Positions 50,115 to 58,205 of a stretch of 64,000 nucleotides of DNA are shown in pieces. The position numbers and the translations under genes were made by a program. The stretch is from Candidatus Parcubacteria bacterium (GTDB lineage: Bacteria; Patescibacteriota; Minisyncoccia; Phycocordibacterales; JAKAEA01), in contig CAWDXL010000016.1 in NCBI GenBank assembly GCA_963806325.1, positions 4,043 through 68,042 on the forward strand, in the 5' to 3' direction. The first letter of the stretch is position 1. Each line of letters begins with the position of its first letter. The notes under the pieces were generated by a model. The model was not told the origin of the DNA. It searched no databases and saw only the letters and a program-made list of their open reading frames with translations.

Positions 50115-51934
50115 TTAATTCTTTATTACCTGCCTATTTAGTTCTGAAACAACTGACAAAATTGTAGAATATTGTAGACATACACAATATTTTGATTCAT
50201 CTTCCGTAAAATTATGACTGCCATCAAGAAACGGGTTGAGAGAGAATTCGAATTTTGATGGGATAACCGTGCAAAAAGCAAGATTCTTGCCTTCTTCATT
50301 GTTTATAGCTTTGCAAAACTCAACATCGGTTGGTAGATCACCAAAATACGCTATCTTTTCTCCTTGTGGGACAAATTTTCTCAGAGTGTGTAATTTAGGC
50401 TTTCCACCGAGAATAGGGTCGGCACCGGTAATATATTGGCGAGGAATTAGATGTTCGCCAATAAAATTAAATCTTTCTAGAAGTTCAATCAGAGAATCCT
50501 CTGATCGGTTACTGATAATTCCAAAACGTTTATTCGTATTTCTACACAGGATATTTAACTGCTCGATTAAATCTTTCGCATAGGAAAGCGGATGAATTTC
50601 CTGATCAAATTTGCAGAAAAAATACCCAAATATATTTCAAAAACCATACGGGATGTTATACCACTAGTAATATAAGTTTCTCCTGAGAGGTTTGGCTGAT
50701 GTGACAACCATGCTTTGATGTTAGCTTCAAAAAGCTTCATGCATTCCATTGCACGGTGGGGATTATGGTCATAGTATTTATTATTTGAGAAAAATTCTTT
50801 TATCTTCTTAAGAATACTTTCAGCATCTATTTGTTTGTCATACAAAAATACGCCATACGTACGTGAACTCACCCTCAAAATATCGAATTCACTAATAAAG
50901 CTGTCTTCTCCTTCCTCGAGAAGTTCCTTTTCTAAAAGTTTCATTGACTGGGATGCTACCCAGGGAACTCGCTCGTATACCGCCGGATTTTCACGATAAA
51001 ATCTCTGCAGGTTTTCAAGAATTGGAACAACTATACCGCTTTCTTTGCGCACAAGATTTGTCCGGCCGCGACTAACAGAGTTTTCAATATTCGGATCTGC
51101 TGGATATATGGCAAGAACGGGATTTTTCCGCTTAAAGCCGCCTTTAGTTAATTTGAAACCAAGACAATTTGCATCGGCGGCAGTAGTCTCTGATTCGTAC
51201 ATAGTTTTTGTTTTCTCAAAGAATGCTCTGGCCATGAGGAAATCATTCTCTTTTTCTGAAGAATGCTCATTGGAAAATGTCTCGAATCGTTTTTTAGCTT
51301 TTCTAATAATTTCTTCTGAAAGATACGCGGTGTATTTTTCATGTGTTTTAAAATACGTAAATTGATGTAACATATCCCGTCTGTCTTTGAAAATATAGGT
51401 ATGCCAATCAATAAAAGAAACATGGGAGCACCTGTGTTTTTTGAGTAGCCGAGTCACATTTGCCATGTACAGATCAATCACTGAGTGGTCAATAACCTGA
51501 CTTAAGGTAAATACATCGCCATCAGAAAGAACAGTAAATTGCACTCCATATGGGTACAGTGTCTCTATTTTCTGTGCAATACGATCAAGATTTCTAACCA
51601 GAATTTCTTCTCCAAGGTCAACCGCCTGATCCAAACTGTCGGTCTTGATTGGCAGATCAAACAAATAGAAAGAAAGAGGTAGTTTTTTTGCGAATCGGCT
51701 CCGTGCAGAATGTATAAATTTTTCTTTTAGAATATTTTGTTCCTCTCGAGTGAGATAATTTCTTCGTTTAATTCTGTTAGATTGCAAAAAATACCAGATT
51801 GCTAATACAGGAGCATATTCTTGATTTTCTTCACGAGCCGCTTTTTTTACAGCTCTAGATAGCGCCCTCTCAAGAAGTCCATCGGTATACTCAAAATATT
51901 CTTTTTTTAACTTCTCTGGATTTTCTCTTTTCAT
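50115..51934 (-). CDS. DIT1/PvcA-like (isonitrile-synthase family) protein continuing into a HAD-IA-like hydrolase domain, reading frame broken once
   Basis: 455-aa ORF 50567..51934 contains LPLSFYLFDLPIKTDSLDQAVDLGEEILVRNLDRIAQKIETLYPYGVQFTVLSDGDVFTLSQVIDHSVIDLYMANV. This matches the remembered DIT1_PvcA core (LPAFPfKS...PDlGEE...L..L...I...YpPG....i.SDG.VF.d....D..v..Y). A Met-free open frame, 50115..50636 (not in the ORF track), encodes RFGIISNRS ... GGKPKL ... IAYFGDLPTDVE (HAD motifs II-IV). The frames can be joined at the A/T-run 50617-50622. Confidence 0.5.
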
Positions 51935-51989
51935 AAAATAAAATAGGGAGTCGAGTCTTTCAACATCGACCCCCTTGTGGTTTTTGTTT

Positions 51990-53558
51990 CTATAACGTTT
52001 CAGCCCACTCGCTTTCGTTATAGTCGGAGCGATGATCCCTGAAGAGCTGGTGTGCTCGCCGAAAGATGTCTAGAGCTTTCTTGTGTCCAAGCCCATGCTC
52101 CATGCCATATCGCAAGACGCGGTACACAGACTCGACCTTGAGATTTTCGGCGATCTCTGCTGGTTTGTGTGCCTCCATCCATTCCCAGCCGAGGAGTGTC
52201 AGTTCGGTAGTTGGGAGTGAATTGATCTCCTGTCGGATTTCCGCACTCATTAGGTCGTTCACCCAGTCGATCTGAAGGGTATTAATGAGCGCCTTGCCGA
52301 GGACGAAACAAGCACGATAGAAGGCGTAGTCGTCGGGCCAGACTTTGGTTTCCCACTGTCTGACGAGGTGACGGAATCCTGCAATTCGCCACTGTACGCT
52401 TTTTCGGTATGCGCGCTCATGAACTTCATGGGGGACACCGGGGCGACGCGCCAAATGCTTGGCCGGATCGGCATCGCAGTTGGTGAGGACGCGCCCATCC
52501 CGAGTAATCGGATTTGGGTATTGCGCCAACAGATAGTCGATCGCTTCGATGGTTTTCTCCACAGGCAAATTGCTGTCCGTGAATACGTCCATCTGCTCGA
52601 CCGCTTTTCTGTTGTTGTCGCAATATTTACACATGAATTTCAATAAGGGTCCCAAATCCTCCGAAGAGGAAATGAAGTTGCCTCCTGGGGTGCCGTCGGT
52701 TCTGGCTCCCCAGATAATGGAACCTTGGACAAAATCCCAGATGCGCAACCCTTCGTGCTCAATACCAATTATCTTGCAAATACCCTTGGCACGGACGAGT
52801 CCATGCTTTTGGTAGAGATTTACGAGGACCGGCACAAGTATCGTTTCATCAATACCTTCAGCAAATTCCACGCTCGTCGCGTGGATCGGCACATGATGAT
52901 GGTGATCATGGGTATAAGAATGCTTGTGGTCGGCGTGGCTATCATGGTCATGGGTGTGGCCACAAGTCTTGCAAACCTTATCACCACCTCCGTCTTCCAA
53001 AAGACTCTCCAGCCGCGGCATCTCATCTTCTAGGAGAATCTGAATTGGGGCTCCGGAAAAGCGTCCGATATACTCGAGCACTGGCGCAAGTTTGGAATCC
53101 GAGAGGCTGCTTACCCCTTCGGCCCACGTGAGCCCGATCCTTGTTGCCGCTGGGAGCTGGAACTGCTCCACTCCAATTGTCCGGTTGAGTTCAAAATGCT
53201 GGACGTCGATCAGGCACAGGCAGTGCCAGTCGAAACCAAGCTTTTTGGCCATGCTGCGGATCGTTGTGGCGTCAGCGATGCCGGTTGGCTCAATGATGAC
53301 GAAGCCAATCCCGGTCCTTTCGGCTACTTCTTCGAGCGTGCGCTTGAGCACTCCCGCTGACTCGCAACAGACACACCCCGTAGTAAGGGGAAGCACTTCT
53401 CCCACCGAACTGACGCGCGATGCGTCTATGTTGGTTGTCCCCACATCGTTTACGATGCAGAGAGCAGTAATATGCCTTGTGGCGACCTGATTTAGGATTT
53501 GGTTGAGACGCGTGGTTTTGCCTGAGCCAAGTGGCCCTGAAATCACCAAAATGCGCAT
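51990..53558 (-). CDS. COG0523/CobW-family G3E GTPase (putative zinc metallochaperone) with a ~220-aa uncharacterised C-terminal extension
   Basis: Start chosen at MRILVISGPLGSGKTT (AAGGAGAA Shine-Dalgarno upstream). CxCC motif TGCVCCES, and a His-rich linker HTHDHDSHADHKHSYTHDHHHHVP. The CobW_C-like segment is followed by about 220 further residues with no recognised motif. Confidence 0.75.
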   Translation of the reverse strand: MRILVISGPLGSGKTTRLNQILNQVATRHITALCIVNDVGTTNIDASRVSSVGEVLPLTTGCVCCESAGVLKRTLEEVAERTGIGFVIIEPTGIADATTIRSMAKKLGFDWHCLCLIDVQHFELNRTIGVEQFQLPAATRIGLTWAEGVSSLSDSKLAPVLEYIGRFSGAPIQILLEDEMPRLESLLEDGGGDKVCKTCGHTHDHDSHADHKHSYTHDHHHHVPIHATSVEFAEGIDETILVPVLVNLYQKHGLVRAKGICKIIGIEHEGLRIWDFVQGSIIWGARTDGTPGGNFISSSEDLGPLLKFMCKYCDNNRKAVEQMDVFTDSNLPVEKTIEAIDYLLAQYPNPITRDGRVLTNCDADPAKHLARRPGVPHEVHERAYRKSVQWRIAGFRHLVRQWETKVWPDDYAFYRACFVLGKALINTLQIDWVNDLMSAEIRQEINSLPTTELTLLGWEWMEAHKPAEIAENLKVESVYRVLRYGMEHGLGHKKALDIFRRAHQLFRDHRSDYNESEWAETL

Positions 53559-53598
53559 AGCATTCTCCTTCTTGCTGATCGTCTTTGCTTGAATGTAC

Positions 53599-53665
53599 AT
53601 GCAACTAAGTTGCATTCCTGGGGGATACTATACACCACCATATTCATAATTGCAAATTACTTGCA
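53599..53665. promoter_or_regulatory. Two TGCAA-N5-TTGCA palindromes in the divergent promoter region (candidate Fur/Zur-family operators)
   Basis: ATGCAACTAAGTTGCAT (53599-53615, a perfect 8-1-8 palindrome) and TGCAAATTACTTGCA (53651-53665). Both lie between the COG0523 start (53558) and the Fur-family start (53685). Confidence 0.55.
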
Positions 53666-53684
53666 CATGTGATAATTTAAAGAT

Positions 53685-54101
53685 ATGAAATTAGACTACC
53701 GAAAGATGCTTAAAGAAGCCGCATTGAAGGTGACTCCTGTCCGTCTCGCTATCCTCAATTTGTTTTCAGAAGAGTGCAGGCCGCTGGATGCAGAATTCAT
53801 CCATTCAAAGTTAAGGAATAAAAATACTAATCTCGTGACGGTGTACCGGACCTTGACTTCACTTGAACAGGCTGGAGTCTTGAAACGCGTTGATTTGCAC
53901 ACAGACTCAGTTCACTATGAATTGACTGCTCATCATCACCATCATATTGTCTGCATACAATGTGGTGACATAGAAAGTTTTGAAATGTGCGACCTCGATG
54001 CATTCTCAAAAAGTATTCTCAAAAAATCTTCTAAGTTTAAACAAATAAACAACCATTCTTTTGAATTGTTTGGCATTTGCAAAATGTGCGTAAAAAAATA
54101 A
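53685..54101 (+). CDS. Fur-family metalloregulator (Zur-like by context)
   Basis: LKVTPVRLAILNLF (DNA-binding helix region), VYRTLTSLEQAGVL, HHHHHIVCIQCG and CKMC (CxxC pairs). 138 aa. Confidence 0.8.
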   Translation: MKLDYRKMLKEAALKVTPVRLAILNLFSEECRPLDAEFIHSKLRNKNTNLVTVYRTLTSLEQAGVLKRVDLHTDSVHYELTAHHHHHIVCIQCGDIESFEMCDLDAFSKSILKKSSKFKQINNHSFELFGICKMCVKK

Positions 54102-54131
54102 GATGGCATCTTCAATAAAGTTCCATCTCTG

Positions 54132-54181
54132 TTTGGGTCAACTTAAAAGACGGCTCTAAGTAACACTTCTAAAATCTGTCC
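54132..54181. repeat. Imperfect direct repeat R1, copy a
   Basis: TTTGGGTCAACTTAAAAGACGGCTCTAAGTAACACTTCTAAAATCTGTCC matches 56636-56685 at 41 of 50 positions with no gaps (hand alignment). Confidence 0.7.
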
Positions 54182-54350
54182 CCCGACTATGAGATTATTA
54201 TAACTATCCTAGAGGATAGGGAATATATGAATGGGTTGGGAGTGAAAATGATGCAAATTAAGGAAATGAGCAATTCTTAGTTTTCAGTTTTTTAGTGTGT
54301 ATATGTGGTAAAAAACTAAAAACTGTAAAATAATTTCATGTCTGTTATAC

Positions 54351-56676
54351 TTGAGTCATATGAAAAACTCCCGAAAAGGATTTATCATCCCTCTCCTAAT
54401 AATTGCAATTACACTGCTTGCCATCGGTGTCGGGGTATATGAGTACCACAAGGGCAAGACTTCAGCTCCAACACCGACTCAAACAACTACTATAGCAACC
54501 GCTCCTGTCTCTAACCAAAAAGACATCCTCGCCATCCTCGTATCTTTTCAGGATTCTAAACCAAACGCTAGTTCCGATACATACGCTAGCGTAAAAGCTA
54601 AGCTTGATGCAGTCAGTGCTTTCTATATAGAAAATGATTTAACCGGAGCATTCAAAGGCTTTACGTATGATATAACCCCCGGCTATGTTTCTACAGATTT
54701 CCATCAAGGCACTACCATTAACGTTAAACTTTTTAACGCAGCGGTTCAAGATGTTGAAAAACAGGCACAAAAAAAATATGGGTTCAACCCCTTGAACTAC
54801 AAATATATATATTTTATTACCCCGAAAGAGGTAAATTGTGGAGGTATCCTGGGATACTGTGTACCATCTACTCCGTTGGGATTTGATGATACTGGCACCT
54901 ATAGTAATCAAGCACTCCATGCCATATTTATCAATGGCCCCCAACCTACTTTGGTATATGCTCATGAATTAGGTCATGCACTTCCACAAGGTCTTCACCA
55001 TTTCGGAAGTTTAACGTGCGGCAAGAAAGATATTGACATTCTAAAGAATTGTTCCGGAACTAATTACAGTTACACCGTGATGGGTAATTTAGGGCTGACG
55101 CACCTCAGTGCTTATCAAAAAGAACGTATGGGGTACATCATTCCTGCTATGGAGCAAACAGTACTCAAAGATGGTATATACACTCTCACTCCCATTGAAA
55201 CACGAGCCGAAGGGTTAAAAGATTTGGCGGTTCAGTCTCCATCTGGAGGTTTGTATTATGTAGAGTATCGAACGCTATCTGGATTTGATACTGATTTCGA
55301 TCAACAAACATGGATAACTGAACCATATACAGGACTTGCCTTTGATGCGAATGGGAAAGCTACAAAAAATGATTCTGCGAATGCTCCCGAAGCACTTTTC
55401 TTAAAAAATCTCATCGATAATGGGGATATATTTACCGACGACCTTGACCCGATTGATATTTTAAAGATAACTGAAATGGCAAGTAATCCTACCACTGATA
55501 CCGTGAGTGTCACATTCAACAAAATGACTATCTCCGCCACCACTACCAATCAGGAAGCAAATCCTGTGCCCAAAGTCAGCGTTGTCCTTACCGATACTTC
55601 ATCAAAGCCATCTGTTACGTATACTGGCACCACAGACTCCAATGGCAATGTCCTTTTCAAAGATCTTGCCATGCTTAAATTCAAGGATACCTTCACCCTC
55701 AAGGCTTTGACTCCAGACTCGACAAAATACAAAGATTCTGACCCTGTTATTGTCACTACCAATGAGGATACTGATGACTATTCAGCTACTCTGAAGCTTA
55801 AAAGATGTGGCGAGCAGCACGCCTCCAACATTTAGTTTGAGCGGAGATGTGTTTAATAATTCAGTTGGCGTTTCAACATGGGATCCTAATTGCATCCCCA
55901 ACACGCCATATTCTGCAATTCTTTCAGGTAAGAATATTCCAAGCGGTAATTATACCTACGCAATAACACTCTATGGTACAGCTCTTGATAATTACAATGA
56001 TAGCAATGATGTTCCCTTTGCTCCATCCTCCTTTAAAAATATACAGCTAGCAACCGCAAACACTAATTCAATGCCGTTCAATACAACAATAACGGTTAAA
56101 AGTATAGTCGCACCCAGAGATTTTGAATACGACATGTTTTCTAATGGGGTTGAGGAGTATGATAATCCATTTGCTGTCATAGACGCATTTATAGATGGCA
56201 AGGATACCGGTCATTTATCGCACTATCAACTTATATATGAAAATGCCTATGGAGTTATTGCGGTGTATGCCAAAATTGTCATGAAAGATTCAAAAGGAAA
56301 CATTATAGGTACCTTCTATACATCTAACCATAATATTGACACGAGCAATACACAATCCAATAAAGAGGCTACTTATATACCTACTCTTTATCCTGCAGAC
56401 GCCAAAATATGCGGCACTGCATTTGCTCCAACGCCCTTCGGTCCTGCTAACACTGATGGTTATGGATCAATCGATGCCACTACGATTTATTATGATTTAA
56501 ATCAGGCTCCCGGTGTTCTCCTCAAAACAACTCAGCAAACATGGTGTGCTGAGTACAGTGCTTTAATGGGAGGAATAAAAGGGGATTGGGTGTTAATTAA
56601 AAATAAACGTCATTTCTGTAAATGCTCGATTCCTGTTGGGGTCAATCCAAAACACGACTCTAGGCAACACTTCTGA
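54351..56676 (+). CDS. Secreted HExxH zinc-metalloprotease-like protein, probably one ~770-aa gene broken by one frameshift
   Basis: 54351..55835 has an N-terminal TM, VYAHELGHAL (HExxH), and a C-terminal carboxypeptidase-regulatory-like beta domain (VSVVLTD..TGTTDSNGNVLFKDL). 55807..56676 opens right after a TGA in the +1 frame. Removing one A from the run 55800-55803 reads ..ATLKLKDVASSTPPTFSLSG... Confidence 0.6.
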
Positions 56677-56685
56677 AATCTGTCC
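56636..56685. repeat. Imperfect direct repeat R1, copy b (covers the last codons and stop of the protease-like gene)
   Basis: TTGGGGTCAATCCAAAACACGACTCTAGGCAACACTTCTGAAATCTGTCC is 41/50 identical to 54132-54181. Confidence 0.7.
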
Positions 56686-56796
56686 GCTCTACAGAATGAT
56701 TTTCGAACTTTAGATTGGGCTCAGTATATACCTTTTCCTGATTTAGTACTAAGAGATATTGAGAATTTACATAGATAAAAGCTTAAATTAAATTAG

Positions 56797-56894
56797 AGAT
56801 GGTTTTTCGAGCAGAATCAGTCGGGATTCAGTGTTATTGTTTGTTATATACAAGGGTCGCTATACTACATTTTTGGCTCAAATTAATTTACCTC
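56797..56894. repeat. Imperfect direct repeat R2, copy a
   Basis: Starts with AGATGGTTTTTCGA (an exact 14-mer also at 58206-58219) and ends with ..CTCAAATTAATTTACCTC (compare TCCAACTTGATTTACCCT at 58276-58293). The middle part is roughly 65-70 percent identical by eye, with small gaps. Confidence 0.55.
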
Positions 56895-56907
56895 TCTACT
56901 GCTGGCG

Positions 56908-56935
56908 TTGACACACATGAGGCACCTGCTATAAT
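56908..56935 (+). promoter_or_regulatory. Consensus sigma-70-type promoter
   Basis: TTGACA (56908-56913), a 16-nt spacer, then TATAAT (56930-56935). Both hexamers are perfect. Confidence 0.65.
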
Positions 56936-56940
56936 AGTAC

Positions 56941-57425
56941 GGTGCTCATGTCCCTCGGAGCAGGAGAGATTTTAGAGGGAGACCGATGTATGTTAAGTGT
57001 TCGTGACAAAAGTTAATAGCGAAAGCAAAAAGCTCTAGTGACGGATGCTTGCAGGGTCGAAAGACTTTGCAGGTTGCAGGGTTGTAAGCGGGTAACCGTT
57101 TTCGACCTCAAGCATCGGTCAGTGGGGCTTTTTTAGTGCCTTGCCAACAGCACCTGATGCTATCGGTGATTGTGCGGAGGGCGCTTAGAATAATTCTCGT
57201 TGGTTAACCCCTCTGCAACGAGCAGTTACTGGTCTGCAAAATCAGGAACGCCATGTCAATAAAAAACATAGGCGGCTGTATCTCTCTCACATGTCGCCGA
57301 GTCAATGGACGATGGGTCTGTGAGCCGACATACAGACGAAGAAACCCTAGACCAATTAAAGTCTAAGGTTTCTAAATCCAGAGGAGACGGCCTTCTTGAA
57401 AGGGAGCCGTCTTTTCTGTTTTTGT
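56941..57425 (+). ncRNA. Candidate structured non-coding RNA of unknown class (~480 nt)
   Basis: Lies between a consensus promoter and a terminator (AGACGGC 57385-57391 pairing with GCCGTCT 57406-57412, then a T-run). Hairpins found by hand: 56952-56979 (CCCTC/GAGGG); 57039-57121 (TGACGGATGCTTG/CAAGCATCGGTCA plus an inner AGGGTCGAAA/TTTCGACCT); 57196-57222 (CTCGTTG/CAACGAG); 57249-57274; 57276-57335; 57341-57372 (12-bp stem, 1 mismatch). Only a 60-aa ORF is present, and it runs through the terminator. Confidence 0.5.
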
Positions 57426-57620
57426 GTATGGTAATTATATCAACTGTATCCGTATCCGCATTAATTTCTGGGGATAACTTACTATGAATCCACTATATTA
57501 ATCATGAATAAATAAAAGTCAACCTCTTACGAGTTTCTCCTTTAAATACCTACTTTTTTGTATAGTGTGCATAACTCTTCAATAAAGCAATAGTTGTTTG
57601 ACACGTCGTGATATATAATT

Positions 57621-58205
57621 ATGATAAAGATTCTAGAAATGTCCGGAAGCACCCCTATAATTTTTTATGTAGATGCCCGTGTCCTGCTTGTGGGCATGTC
57701 TGTCTTTTTTCTCGCACTTCTTGCTTTGGTTTGGAAGGGAAGAAAAGAAATAGAAGAAATTATTGATAATAAAATTGGTAACCTAAGCAACAGTGCTCCT
57801 AAATTAATCAGTGCCATTATTGAACTACAGGCCATTATATCCACAAAAGTAAAGGGTGTAATTGTTAGCCAATCTTTAGTAGAAACTACGGGTAGTCCGC
57901 TGGCCCCAACAGAGTTTGGTGCAGAGTTAATTAAAAAAAGTGGTTTGGAAAAAGTGCTTAACGAGAACAAGGAAGATTTTTGTATAAAACTGAGAGCAGT
58001 GTTGCCTAAAGAATATACAGAGTATGATGTTCAGGAACATGCTAGAAATTTGCTTGTCAATCTTAAAGATGATTCTATTATGAATCCTGTAAAAGAGTAT
58101 GTTTATAATAATCCAGTAGATATTGAAATTATTTTAAAAGCCGGAGGTCTTTGGTTGAGAGATGACTTCTTGAATAAGCCGAGACAAATTAATACTAATA
58201 AGTAA
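57621..58205 (+). CDS. Membrane-anchored hypothetical protein
   Basis: 194 aa with one N-terminal TM (LLVGMSVFFLALLALVW) and a soluble C-terminal domain. No motif recognised. Its stop abuts repeat R2b. Confidence 0.5.
   Translation: MIKILEMSGSTPIIFYVDARVLLVGMSVFFLALLALVWKGRKEIEEIIDNKIGNLSNSAPKLISAIIELQAIISTKVKGVIVSQSLVETTGSPLAPTEFGAELIKKSGLEKVLNENKEDFCIKLRAVLPKEYTEYDVQEHARNLLVNLKDDSIMNPVKEYVYNNPVDIEIILKAGGLWLRDDFLNKPRQINTNK

Noticed and set aside
50236-50583. The 115-aa plus-strand ORF.
   Set aside because: It is antisense to the open frame that carries clear HAD motifs II-IV, and its own sequence is not protein-like.
52066-53604. Numerous 60-130-aa ORFs on both strands overlapping the COG0523 gene. 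The same applies at 35354..35667 and 38729..39105.
   Set aside because: They are typical by-products of locally GC-rich sequence with few stop codons. None has a recognisable motif, and they overlap a well-supported gene.
54132-56685. Diversity-generating retroelement (template/variable repeat pair), because one repeat copy covers the 3' end of a secreted protein gene and CPR genomes are known to carry DGRs.
   Set aside because: The 9 mismatches between copies are not adenine-specific (T/G, C/T, G/C, G/A and A/G changes all occur). No reverse transcriptase gene is present anywhere in the window.
56941-57425. Identification of the structured RNA as tmRNA, RNase P RNA, a group II intron remnant or a retron msr/msd.
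   Set aside because: It has no tRNA-like 3' end or tag ORF ending in ..AA-stop. It has no GGAAAGTCC P4 sequence and no domain V consensus. No adjacent RT or intron-encoded protein is present.
57305-57487. The 60-aa ORF inside the ncRNA candidate as a real protein gene.
   Set aside because: It has no Shine-Dalgarno sequence, reads straight through the terminator hairpin and T-run, and its sequence has no protein-like features.
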